Below, piece by piece: positions 1-8,585 of a DNA stretch of 64,000 nucleotides (within the stretch, counting starts at the first letter, position 1; every line of letters starts with the position of its first letter). The notes beneath the pieces were generated by a model that had not been told where the DNA came from, did no database searches, and was given only the letters and a program-made list of their open reading frames with translations. Made by a program: the position numbers and the translations under genes. The DNA lies in the IMG/VR virus record IMGVR_UViG_3300009149_000016, positions 32,001 through 96,000 of that record; one strand, 5' to 3'. Source of the DNA: a virus.

Positions 1-672
1 CCAATTGCCCGCCGCTCTGTCAAACCGAAGCTCGAACGGCAGTTGCCACTGAAGCATCCGGGGAAACGCACGACTGACCGCTCGCCGGTACTTACGCAAG
101 ATCACTTCGATCTTGCCATAGGCTTTGGCATCGGCTTTCGGGTCAAACCCAACGAGCAGCGTATTGAAGCCCTCAATTTCCCTTCGAACAGGCTCCGAGG
201 TGGGCTCCTCGAAACGTTCTTCCCACGCAAGACCATCTTCAAGTACACTCAGGGCGTCAACCCCCGCCGTCTGAAGATCGTTGACCCAATCATCCACTTG
301 GTCTTCGAAAGCAGCGAATTCTTCCTCTTCGTCCGAGTCCTCTGCGTACTCACCACCCCAAAGCGCTGGCTCTTGGATGGGCAACTCCAAAAGCTGGAAG
401 ATCTCCGTTCCGGCAGAAAGGAGCATGTCGCGCATGTCGCCAAGCTCTTCATCCCCTTGGTAACGCTCTTGGAGAGACTTGGCTGTCGCTTTGAAGCGGG
501 CGAGCAAGCGATCTCGAAAGACGTCCAGAGCGTCCTTGATCTGCATGGCTTGCTCGTAGTCTTTGGCCCCCTGCACGAGCCGCACGAGTCGTGACAGATC
601 GCCAAGCCAATCCTCGGAAGCTGTTTGGACCCACCGTTGGGCCACCCGAAGCGCCATTTGCCGATCCGACAT
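1..672 (-). CDS. Hypothetical protein with N-terminal RVAxRW tag (3' end runs off the window; missing from the ORF track)
   Basis: Manual translation: ATG at 672, 1 nt after the TAG of the upstream gene, open to position 1: MSDRQMALRVAQRWVQTASEDWLGDLSRL...; codon usage matches the neighbours. Confidence 0.8.
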   Translation of the reverse strand, partial: MSDRQMALRVAQRWVQTASEDWLGDLSRLVRLVQGAKDYEQAMQIKDALDVFRDRLLARFKATAKSLQERYQGDEELGDMRDMLLSAGTEIFQLLELPIQEPALWGGEYAEDSDEEEEFAAFEDQVDDWVNDLQTAGVDALSVLEDGLAWEERFEEPTSEPVRREIEGFNTLLVGFDPKADAKAYGKIEVILRKYRRAVSRAFPRMLQWQLPFELRFDRAAGNW

Positions 673-673
673 C

Positions 674-1690
674 CTACTTGACCTTGCCGCCCTGCATGAA
701 GTCCTCTTCCAGCCCGGGCACAAGGTACTGACTCCGAAGCGTGGAAGGCTCGTGGCCGACTGCCCCGGCTGTCTCCTCAAGCGCCTTGGCGAACTCGTCC
801 TTCAGTTTCTTCTCACGCTTCTTTGGGTCGCTGGGCAGCGTGCCCTTGCGGTTGGCCTTGAGGCGCTCTCGCATCTCTCGGTTCGCATGGAACCCTCGCA
901 AGTCCTTGGCTGTGACGCCGAATTCCTTCAGGTAGGCGTTGATATCCCCTGCCACCACATCACCGAACAGTTCCTCTGACTCGGCGCCGTCGTAGGCCGA
1001 CTTGAGCGCCTTGACGAGCTTGCTGTCCGTGACGGTCTTGTGTTGCTCGACGCCGGACTTGCCGATGTACTTGACCGTCGCACTGCCACCACTGAACGTG
1101 ACGTGCTTCTTTCGCCATTCCGAAACACCGAAGTGTCCGTCTTTGGCTGAACCCGGGTTGCCAATGCGCTCGAAGGTCGCGTCGATGAGCCCAACGATCA
1201 AAGCCGCTTTGGAAGTGCTGAGATCCTTGTTGACCTTCGACCGAAGCTTGCCGATGGCCTTTTCGAGCTTGGCGAGCCGCTCGGCCTTCTTTCGGTTGCG
1301 GTCGGCTACCTGACGATCGCTGTACTCGTAGACGGTCATTTCATCGCCGTCTTGCGTCTTGACCTTCTTTTTGTTCTGGTAACGCGCTGCGACACGCTCG
1401 GCCATGGAGGCTGAGAACGGAACCCGGTCGTAAGAGTCCTCGAAGTCTTCGCAGGTCTCTTGGGCTTTTTCCCTCAACCGCTCTAGCTTACGCTTTTCCT
1501 TGGTCGCCCGTTCTTGCTCCCTGTACCAAGCGGTCTCGTACTGGTCCTGCTTTTTATCGCAGTCCTTTTCGAGCTTTGCCTTCTCCCGCTGGTCTTTCTC
1601 CCACTCTCGAATCGCCTTGGAGAGTTCATTGAAGGCGTTGTCCTGAAGCCATTCCTCGCTCTCACCCGGATGCTCTTCCAGGTACTCCAT
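674..1690 (-). CDS. DNA topoisomerase IB-like protein (probably the C-terminal part of a longer read-through ORF 674-2752)
   Basis: TopIB catalytic-type motifs ERIGN, YIGKSG, INAYL, TAKDLR, GH...LRSQY; no RBS before ATG 1690; in frame with the upstream ORF. Confidence 0.8.
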   Translation of the reverse strand: MEYLEEHPGESEEWLQDNAFNELSKAIREWEKDQREKAKLEKDCDKKQDQYETAWYREQERATKEKRKLERLREKAQETCEDFEDSYDRVPFSASMAERVAARYQNKKKVKTQDGDEMTVYEYSDRQVADRNRKKAERLAKLEKAIGKLRSKVNKDLSTSKAALIVGLIDATFERIGNPGSAKDGHFGVSEWRKKHVTFSGGSATVKYIGKSGVEQHKTVTDSKLVKALKSAYDGAESEELFGDVVAGDINAYLKEFGVTAKDLRGFHANREMRERLKANRKGTLPSDPKKREKKLKDEFAKALEETAGAVGHEPSTLRSQYLVPGLEEDFMQGGKVK

Positions 1691-1744
1691 GAACTGTTCG
1701 GCCCGCTGATCGGGAGTGCCCTTGAACTTGTTCTTGAGCTTGTT

Positions 1745-2752
1745 CTAAGCGTGGGTGTACTCAGGCGGGATGTTGTTCAGCGCCCGCTCGTCATTTTCCT
1801 TCCGGCGCTGCCAACCAAGCTGCTGAGGGGACAGTTTGGCTTGGAAGCGAGACGCCACACGTTCGGCCATGATGTCGCTGAGAATGCGGTCTGACATTGC
1901 TTTGCTCCGATCTCGAACCTCTGCGAGCATCTTGGGGTCGGCATTGCGACCAATCTCTTCCAATTCCTCCCGAGTTGTAATCCGGGCGATCTTGGAGGCA
2001 AACTTTTGCAAGTCCTTGAAAGTCATGAAGCGTGCGGGGCCGGCTGCCTCGTGTTCCTCGACCTTGTTGCTCACCTCGTTGGGGGGTGAGGCCAAACACC
2101 AGTTCCAAAACTCAGGGGTGTCGCAGAACTTGCACGAGGTACCGGCTTCCTGCCAATCCTTCGAACCCGGCGCATAGCCCCAACTGAGGCCGAAGCGCCA
2201 AGCAAGGGTGTTGAGGCACCGCTCACAAGACCGGGCGGAAGCGATGATTGCATCCCCAAAGGGCAGCATGGGGGGCTTGCCGGCACGCTCAGTGGCTGTT
2301 TGAAACTCGTGGGGGGTAGGACGCACCATAGCGAGCACAAGGTCAGGAGAGTAGCCTGAGTGCCCCGTCATGACGTTGTCGAAACCGTGCGCTTCCCACT
2401 TCGTAGGCCACGGGGTGCCAATATCATGAAGCTGCGAACCCCCACACTCGACGCACTTGCGGCCTTCGAGGTGATCTTCCCACCCGTAGGTTGGAAGCAC
2501 CTTGGTATGGGGGCATCCTTCGACGACGCTGGGAAGAATCCGCTTCCTGACGTTCTCGGTCAACGTCATGGGGTCTTGGCTGATATAATAGGGGAAGGAA
2601 TCGGGAGGCTTGTCCTCCCAGGTGTCGACCTTGCCAGGGTCCCCATCACCCGGAATCCACTGCTCCCCTTCCTGATTCTCGTACCACATGGTCGGGAAAG
2701 GCGGTCGGATCGCGATCAAATATCGTGTGGCAATGCGCAGAGCGAGCGACAT
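1745..2752 (-). CDS. Cys-rich hypothetical protein with two RVA/RIA-x-R tags
   Basis: 335 aa ORF with CxxC pairs (CVEC, CERC, CKFC), N-terminal ALRIATRYL and internal AERVASRF. Confidence 0.7.
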   Translation of the reverse strand: MSLALRIATRYLIAIRPPFPTMWYENQEGEQWIPGDGDPGKVDTWEDKPPDSFPYYISQDPMTLTENVRKRILPSVVEGCPHTKVLPTYGWEDHLEGRKCVECGGSQLHDIGTPWPTKWEAHGFDNVMTGHSGYSPDLVLAMVRPTPHEFQTATERAGKPPMLPFGDAIIASARSCERCLNTLAWRFGLSWGYAPGSKDWQEAGTSCKFCDTPEFWNWCLASPPNEVSNKVEEHEAAGPARFMTFKDLQKFASKIARITTREELEEIGRNADPKMLAEVRDRSKAMSDRILSDIMAERVASRFQAKLSPQQLGWQRRKENDERALNNIPPEYTHA

Positions 2753-2755
2753 TGT

Positions 2756-3157
2756 TCAGCCCGCCTTGATTCGATCTCGAATGATCTGGCGTACGTCGAT
2801 CGGCTGAATCTCGATTTCGGTGGCGAGGCGCAAGTACCACCCGGTCTGCTTTTCGAAGGTGTCGATGAGTGAGTCGGCGTAGATCCCCCGATACTCTTTG
2901 ACTTTCTTGAGCCCCCGGGCCGACCCGTTGAAGAACGTCATATCGTAGGTGTCGTCCCCACGAAGCTCGACTTCACAGATGTTGCCCTTGCTCCGCTGCT
3001 TGTTGGGCCACTTGAACATGACACTTTTGCCGGTCTTTTTGATGACCGACGCGCCAAGCATGGCGAACATGCGTCCACCACCCATTTGCTCCAAGATGGT
3101 TCGGGCAACGTCCGCTTGTTTCAGGTAGCGCTCTGCGACTCGTTCGACGATCGACAT
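2756..3157 (-). CDS. Conserved phage hypothetical protein with N-terminal tag
   Basis: VARTILEQMGG...DDTYDM...IYADSL..FEKQTG resembles a recurrent small phage protein family (from recall); begins MSIVERVAERYL. Confidence 0.75.
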   Translation of the reverse strand: MSIVERVAERYLKQADVARTILEQMGGGRMFAMLGASVIKKTGKSVMFKWPNKQRSKGNICEVELRGDDTYDMTFFNGSARGLKKVKEYRGIYADSLIDTFEKQTGWYLRLATEIEIQPIDVRQIIRDRIKAG

Positions 3158-3191
3158 GCCTAGCCAACCTTAGAAAAAGAACATCGATTGG

Positions 3192-3220
3192 TGGATTGGA
3201 ACCAGCCTGCCGCCTTAGAA
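3192..3220 (+). promoter_or_regulatory. Class-1 promoter-like motif (TGGATT-N17-TTAGAA)
   Basis: One of 5 copies with exact 17-nt spacing, followed by GGGGCAC. Confidence 0.6.
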
Positions 3221-3291
3221 GGGGCACAACAACGCGACTCAACGTCCCGAGTGCTAAAACGAAAGCCCGGGACGTTGCCGTTTAAGGGCTC

Positions 3292-3298
3292 GGTGTAG
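3292..3298 (+). promoter_or_regulatory. Class-2 motif GGTGTAG, 8 nt before ATG 3307
   Basis: One of 12 copies at 8-9 nt from a start codon. Confidence 0.65.
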
Positions 3299-3306
3299 AG
3301 GTTATC

Positions 3307-3528
3307 ATGGGTGTTCGAATACTCGAAGGTACGAAAATCAACGACGGACCGAATGCAGGAACCGGCGCCGTGCTGTATTGCTCGACGTCTGGCATCGCCA
3401 TGGCCCCCATGTTCACCGACGGCGTGGAAGCTCAGCGGTTCCTCGACTGGTTCAAGGATGACCCCCGTACCAATGACCATCGCACCTACCAGGAATGGCA
3501 GCGCTGGGTTCGGGAAGGGAAACCTTGA
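3307..3528 (+). CDS. Small hypothetical protein
   Basis: 73 aa ORF preceded by the class-2 motif. Confidence 0.7.
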   Translation: MGVRILEGTKINDGPNAGTGAVLYCSTSGIAMAPMFTDGVEAQRFLDWFKDDPRTNDHRTYQEWQRWVREGKP

Positions 3529-3618
3529 CTGACGCGCCCCCGCCACACCATACTGGTCATGCCGATGGGGGATGACCATCGTGCCTAACTGCCCAAGAGG
3601 GCACGAAAGGATACCCCC

Positions 3619-3936
3619 ATGGTCAATATCACAATTGGACGTTTCGAAGATGATCCCGAAGCTCAGGGAGTCGTTCGCCCTGAAGACGGCCGGTGGCAAC
3701 TCGTCATCGACAAGGACGGCTACCCCCACCTGTACATCCAAGTCAACATTGAGCATGAGGGAAGCAAGGGCAAAGGTTTGCTCTGCATCGACGACATGCT
3801 TCATGGGAAGATGTCCATTCGGGATCTCATGGATGGTGGCGAAGCATTCGGGATCCCCACCCCCGAAGACGAAGCGGCGGCGTACCAAGAATTCTTGGAC
3901 GACCGAAAGGCCAATCCGATTCCTTGCCCTCGATAG
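3619..3936 (+). CDS. Hypothetical protein
   Basis: 105 aa; AAGGA Shine-Dalgarno upstream; coding-like composition. Confidence 0.7.
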   Translation: MVNITIGRFEDDPEAQGVVRPEDGRWQLVIDKDGYPHLYIQVNIEHEGSKGKGLLCIDDMLHGKMSIRDLMDGGEAFGIPTPEDEAAAYQEFLDDRKANPIPCPR

Positions 3937-3953
3937 TCGGTGTAAAGCCCCTC

Positions 3954-4289
3954 ATGGGAAAGAAGGACTTCGAACAGATCAAAAAAGATGGCGGTTACCA
4001 CCCTCGTCTCGGCGACAAGATCCTTGAGGACAAGACCAAGATCGAATGCCTATGGCCGGACGGCTCCATCACGAGGCACAAGTGCCGGGTCGTGTCCGTG
4101 ACCGTTCACGTCGACCACCTGGGACGGTACCCGGGCGACGGCTGGACTTCGAAAGAGAATCGAGATCGAGCCTACATCACCATCGAGCACAACGGGTTGA
4201 AGCTTGACGTTCCCCTCACCGACGAAGGGATCAAGTGCCGGCGAGCCCCTAAGAAGTCCGAAGCCTCCACCCAGTGGGAAAGACTCTAG
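3954..4289 (+). CDS. Hypothetical protein ending STQWERL
   Basis: Start reassigned to ATG 3954, 8 nt after GGTGTAA (3939-3945). Confidence 0.7.
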   Translation: MGKKDFEQIKKDGGYHPRLGDKILEDKTKIECLWPDGSITRHKCRVVSVTVHVDHLGRYPGDGWTSKENRDRAYITIEHNGLKLDVPLTDEGIKCRRAPKKSEASTQWERL

Positions 4290-5245
4290 TCCTTGGGCAA
4301 AACCCAGCCACCCTCGAACATGTCGAGGATCTCAATGAACATGTCATAGGGGTTCTTCCCCTCGTGGTTCACGAGGGTGTTGAAGCCTGCCGCCGCCGTG
4401 TGACCCCCACCCCCGGGAAACATCTTGGCGAGCGCCTTACAGTCGAAACCCGTGTGGCTCCGTGTCGAGTAGATGATCTTGCGCTCACCACCCTCGACGA
4501 ACATGTTGAAGCCCACGACCAAATCGGCATCCTTGTCGATAAGCTCGGCGGCATCGCTCGACGAACGCGTTCCTTCAAACAAGACAACCTTCGTGCCCTT
4601 CTCGCTCTTGGTGCGCCACGCCTCCCGCACCTTGCGAAGGATGCTCTCGTTCCAATCATCGTCGATGAATGCTGGAAGCGTTCCATTGAGAAGGTCGATT
4701 GCCTCGGCCAGGTCGATCGACATCCAAAAGTCCCGGGGCAAACGCATGAGAGTTTGCGCCTGCTTTTTTGCCAAAAACCAATCCGGTGATTTCGTCTGCC
4801 AGGTGTCCCGGATCCCTGCAAGCTCAGCGAACCGGCTCACCTCTTGCTCGCCGACCATTTTGCCCAGACGCTTGATTCGATAGACTGACGGTTGCCAGAT
4901 GTGACGGAAAGCCAGCACGGCCCCGCTCACCCCTGGCTCTTCTTTCTCGTCGGCGTAGACCCCCCGCTCACCGAACGCCGCAACCACGTCTTTGGCACCC
5001 TTGTGGTGGTCGAGACAGAACGCGCCACCGTCGATGAATTCCTGGTACCGGCTGTGGTGGGGGGAGAAATCGACGAACGTCAGACCCTCCTGCACCACCA
5101 TATTTTCGTGCTCTGGTGTGTTGTACTGCATGAATTCGATTGGGACGCTCGGCAACGCGTCTCGCACGATCATGGCAGAGGCAATACCGTCAGGGCAGTT
5201 GGCGTGAGAAACGACCTTGGTGATCTTCTCAACTGGGATTGTCAT
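4286..5245 (-). CDS. DHH/DHHA1 family phosphoesterase (NrnB-like oligoribonuclease)
   Basis: Motifs SHANCPDG, FVDFS, LDHHK, GGGHTAAAGF; ATG 5245 overlaps the upstream TGA (ATGA). Confidence 0.85.
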   Translation of the reverse strand: MTIPVEKITKVVSHANCPDGIASAMIVRDALPSVPIEFMQYNTPEHENMVVQEGLTFVDFSPHHSRYQEFIDGGAFCLDHHKGAKDVVAAFGERGVYADEKEEPGVSGAVLAFRHIWQPSVYRIKRLGKMVGEQEVSRFAELAGIRDTWQTKSPDWFLAKKQAQTLMRLPRDFWMSIDLAEAIDLLNGTLPAFIDDDWNESILRKVREAWRTKSEKGTKVVLFEGTRSSSDAAELIDKDADLVVGFNMFVEGGERKIIYSTRSHTGFDCKALAKMFPGGGGHTAAAGFNTLVNHEGKNPYDMFIEILDMFEGGWVLPKD

Positions 5246-5895
5246 GACAGCTTCGCTTTCTTGGCCCTGATCGCGTCGAACAGGACATTCCGAAGGGTTG
5301 TTGACGTGACCTTGTTTCGAATCTCGGCGCTCGCTGTGTACCACTCGTTGAGCGCTACCAGGGTGTCGAGCCCCTCCAACTCGCCGAGAAGCTGCTTTTG
5401 GGCGTCATACTCGACTGTGTTGAACTCTGTCTGCTTGAATTCTTCCGCCGACTTGCTTGAAGCGGCTTCCGGCACGTCGCTCAGCTTGTTGGTCACCTCG
5501 GTGACTTGGCCGGCGACTTCGAGTGCCTTCTCAAGCGTGCCCCGGCCCCGCATGACAGCAGCCGGATCCCCAGCGAAGATCGCATCGACCGTGAACTTGA
5601 GCGCGTCGAATGCCGCCATGAAGGCGTTGAACTGCGCCTGGCTCTTCATGTGGGGCAAGCCCATCTTGAGAGCATCCATCATGGCATCGTTGCCCACGCC
5701 GCCAACCGGCCCCACAGTCTCCGGACCTGGTTCCTCGATGACTTCCGCAAAAGCTTTACGGGCGAACTTTTCAGCGTCGCCCCCCTGTGCGATGAGGCTC
5801 TTTGCGACGTCCTTGGTAGCGGACTTCCAAGCCTCCTCTCCATGGGTCGCTTTGATCTGGTCGAGTTGCTTTTGGAGTTGGTCGAAATGGCTCAT
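5242..5895 (-). CDS. Hypothetical helical protein
   Basis: 217 aa ORF with GAGGA RBS. Confidence 0.75.
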   Translation of the reverse strand: MSHFDQLQKQLDQIKATHGEEAWKSATKDVAKSLIAQGGDAEKFARKAFAEVIEEPGPETVGPVGGVGNDAMMDALKMGLPHMKSQAQFNAFMAAFDALKFTVDAIFAGDPAAVMRGRGTLEKALEVAGQVTEVTNKLSDVPEAASSKSAEEFKQTEFNTVEYDAQKQLLGELEGLDTLVALNEWYTASAEIRNKVTSTTLRNVLFDAIRAKKAKLS

Positions 5896-5960
5896 GTCCG
5901 GTCCTCAAGACGCTCCCAGATCGTCGGTTGCGTCCGCTGTCGTTGGATTGACCCCGCACT

Positions 5961-6236
5961 TCATTTCTTTCCCATCAAAACATCGAACATCTTGGCCGAA
6001 TTCTTTTCGGAAGTTGCGGCCCCCATCTCTCGCAAGCCAGTCTGGAAGAGACCTTGAAGTAGCCGGGCCCCTTGCTCCCGGTCCTTCGTGATCGCCCCCC
6101 AACAGCCCTTGCAGAAGGAAAGCCGTTCTCTATTTACACCACTGGCACGAAGATACACGCGCTCTTGTGGAGTGAGATCCAAAAACTCGAAGCCCTCATC
6201 CGGCTTCTCTTTGGTGCAAAGGTCACAAATTGCCAA
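5961..6236 (-). CDS. Small Zn-finger protein
   Basis: CDLC...CKGC; GGAGG RBS. Confidence 0.7.
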   Translation of the reverse strand: MAICDLCTKEKPDEGFEFLDLTPQERVYLRASGVNRERLSFCKGCWGAITKDREQGARLLQGLFQTGLREMGAATSEKNSAKMFDVLMGKK

Positions 6237-6861
6237 AATGAGCCTCCGTGAACTGCTTGAGCATAAGACCCATCAAATCGAGAAGCTGCAAGTCCCCCTC
6301 CTCAATCTTCGACCCGAGCAAGACCGCTTGCCCAAGAGGTAGGTGAACGTAGGGCATGGAATGCCGCCATAGAAGCTCACGTTCCAAGGCATAGAAGGTT
6401 TTCAGGACAGGGGCGGATGGGAGGATCTCGACAGAGGCGTCAAACCTGTGCGGGTGGCAAAGCGTTGGGTCATCAATCGAGGACATCATCCGGCAGCGCA
6501 AGGGTCGCCCCTTGTACGCAGAACACTTGTTGTCCCGAAGCAGGGGGCATGGGACAGCGCTCAAGAGCCAAACCTTGTAGTCGAGCCCATTCACCTTGTT
6601 GGACGCCTCCTGAAGGCGGTTCCGGAGCGTTGACGTCCATAGCCGCTCTTTCTTCAGATGCCGGTACAGCAAGATCCCTTCGAAGAAGCTGATAAGCACC
6701 GGGTGGTGACAGCAGTGGTCACAACCCTTTCGGCACGTGATCGGGCGGCGCATCTTGGTCAGAAGCGCTTTGCTTTGCTGCAACCACCGCCCCTCAATCT
6801 CGATCCGGGTCGCCTTGACGTCTGCAACCGCCTGTCGGAATTCAGGGGTCGTCATCGTCAT
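6223..6861 (-). CDS. YkgJ/CxxCxxCC family cysteine-cluster protein
   Basis: CRKGCDHCC...CPLL...CSAYKGRPLRCR. Confidence 0.8.
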   Translation of the reverse strand: MTMTTPEFRQAVADVKATRIEIEGRWLQQSKALLTKMRRPITCRKGCDHCCHHPVLISFFEGILLYRHLKKERLWTSTLRNRLQEASNKVNGLDYKVWLLSAVPCPLLRDNKCSAYKGRPLRCRMMSSIDDPTLCHPHRFDASVEILPSAPVLKTFYALERELLWRHSMPYVHLPLGQAVLLGSKIEEGDLQLLDLMGLMLKQFTEAHFGNL

Positions 6862-7327
6862 CCTCTAGGATGTGATCAAACGCCGTGAGGGGCGCCCGGG
6901 GAACCTCTTCCGCCCGCTGCGCCCGCTCGGCCATCGTCCCAAAGCTACGAGGAATGGCAACCCGGACGCCGGGGGAGCCAGGGCGGTAGGTGATGATCAG
7001 AGCGTCCCCGTACCGAAGGGCCAAGTCCGGATGCACGTACAAGGGGCCACCCCGGGAATCGATGTCCGGCGTCACCCACTGCATGAACCGGGTGAGGTTC
7101 TCAAGTCCCTGCCGCACGCCCTGAATGCTGCCACGTCCAATAGGGACGGTCAGGAAGGGCCACTCTTCGGGCGGGTTCCAAAGGGTCGTCCACTCAGCAT
7201 CATCGTCGGCGACATCATAGGAGCGGCCGGTCTCATCGGCGCATCGTCCCATCTTGATTGCGCGATTGAAAGCGATGACCTGACGCCGAAGCCCCGCCGA
7301 ATTCACGATGATGTCGCCAATCCTCAT
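6842..7327 (-). CDS. Hypothetical protein
   Basis: 161 aa, coupled to neighbours; ends PLTAFDHILEDDDDDP. Confidence 0.7.
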   Translation of the reverse strand: MRIGDIIVNSAGLRRQVIAFNRAIKMGRCADETGRSYDVADDDAEWTTLWNPPEEWPFLTVPIGRGSIQGVRQGLENLTRFMQWVTPDIDSRGGPLYVHPDLALRYGDALIITYRPGSPGVRVAIPRSFGTMAERAQRAEEVPRAPLTAFDHILEDDDDDP

Positions 7328-7653
7328 CGGAACACCTCACCACCATTGAAGCCGTCCAGGTACAGTTGGACGAGCCCCTTGAGGACTTCCGGGGAAACGG
7401 TGTTTTCGTAGGGGAGCGTTGCGTTCTCGACGGCCTTCGAAAGGGCTTGCGGTACGATCTGTGTCAGAGGTGGCTTGCCGTGTCGCTCGACCAGGGCTTG
7501 CCAGTCTTCCCGGGCGTCTCGTTCGAAGCCTTCTGCTAACCAAAGAAGATTCGTCCAAACATCGTCGGGATGCCGTACATTCATCTTCTCACAGACAAAC
7601 CGTTGCAGGTTCGTCCGGATGAGCCGGCGTGCCGCTTGCTGAATTTCGTCCAT
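7324..7653 (-). CDS. Hypothetical protein
   Basis: 109 aa; AAGGA RBS. Confidence 0.7.
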   Translation of the reverse strand: MDEIQQAARRLIRTNLQRFVCEKMNVRHPDDVWTNLLWLAEGFERDAREDWQALVERHGKPPLTQIVPQALSKAVENATLPYENTVSPEVLKGLVQLYLDGFNGGEVFR

Positions 7654-7683
7654 AGTGTTGTCCTTACCTAGAACAACACCAAG

Positions 7684-8349
7684 TCATGGGGTCTGGTTGA
7701 TCTCTTCGTTGAGGGAGTCCAGCAGCGCATCATCCTTGGACTTGCCCGGCTCGGCCTTGGTGGGCTCGGCGACAGTCTCGGCCTTGCCGTTCGTCTTGAA
7801 GTAGTAGCCCCGCTTGCCGGCGTGCTTGAACTCCGGGCACTTCGACAGCAGATGGTAGACGTACGTCTGCGGGTTCTTCGACTTCGGCATCAACTTGCGT
7901 TCTTCAAGCTGCTTCATGATGTCTTGAACGCTGATCGGATCAGCAGTGACGATCAGGTTGAGCGACTTGCGAAGCGTCGGGCCCGCACGCTTGCCCTTGG
8001 GCTTGGGGCCTGGCTTACCCTTGGTGGTCTTGGCCTTGGGAGCCGCCTTCGCCTTGGGAGCCGCCTTCGCCTTGGGGCCGGGCTTGCTCTTCGTGAGCGG
8101 CTTGGGGGCCTTGCTGCTCTTGGTCTCGTCCGTCTTGATGGTACCCTCGGAGACAGGCTCGACGGGGGGCGCCTCGACAACCGGGGTCTCGCCGGGGGTC
8201 TCATCGGTCGGGAAGATGTCGTTGAACTTCGCGAGCCGCTCGGCGTCGGCGTTGGCCGTGCGCATCAACTCGGCAAGTGCCGCTTGGCTTTTCTTGGCCT
8301 CAGCTTGGAGTTGTGCTCGGAACTTTTTGATACTGATCTGATCGTTCAT
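7684..8349 (-). CDS. Histone-H1-like K/A/P-rich protein with possible C-terminal winged helix
   Basis: PKAKAAPKAKAAPKAK repeats followed by an ISVQDIMKQLEER...VYHLLS...GYY segment; GAGGAG RBS. Confidence 0.7.
   Translation of the reverse strand: MNDQISIKKFRAQLQAEAKKSQAALAELMRTANADAERLAKFNDIFPTDETPGETPVVEAPPVEPVSEGTIKTDETKSSKAPKPLTKSKPGPKAKAAPKAKAAPKAKTTKGKPGPKPKGKRAGPTLRKSLNLIVTADPISVQDIMKQLEERKLMPKSKNPQTYVYHLLSKCPEFKHAGKRGYYFKTNGKAETVAEPTKAEPGKSKDDALLDSLNEEINQTP
8033..8076. repeat. 18-bp tandem repeat (GCCTTGGGAGCCGCCTTC x2.4) encoding PKAKAA
   Basis: Direct inspection. Confidence 0.85.
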
Positions 8350-8366
8350 GGGGATCTCCTCTGATT

Positions 8367-8585
8367 TCAGCGGGCAGGAAATTCCCGCTCGATGTCAGCA
8401 TCGGTTACGATGCTGAGGGACCGTAGATGCGCTTCTGATCGGTCATTCGCCAGTGCATGCTGCAATCCCGGCAATCGCCGGTCTTTGCGGCTCTTGGCCG
8501 TCGCAATCACCTTGCGCATCAACTTCGTCCACTCCTCCGGTCGGCTCGGAAGCCTCGACTTCTTTTTGTTGTACACCCGGGGCAT
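8367..8585 (-). CDS. Small basic hypothetical protein
   Basis: MPRVYNKKKSRLPSRP...; start placed at ATG 8585. Confidence 0.55.
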   Translation of the reverse strand: MPRVYNKKKSRLPSRPEEWTKLMRKVIATAKSRKDRRLPGLQHALANDRSEAHLRSLSIVTDADIEREFPAR

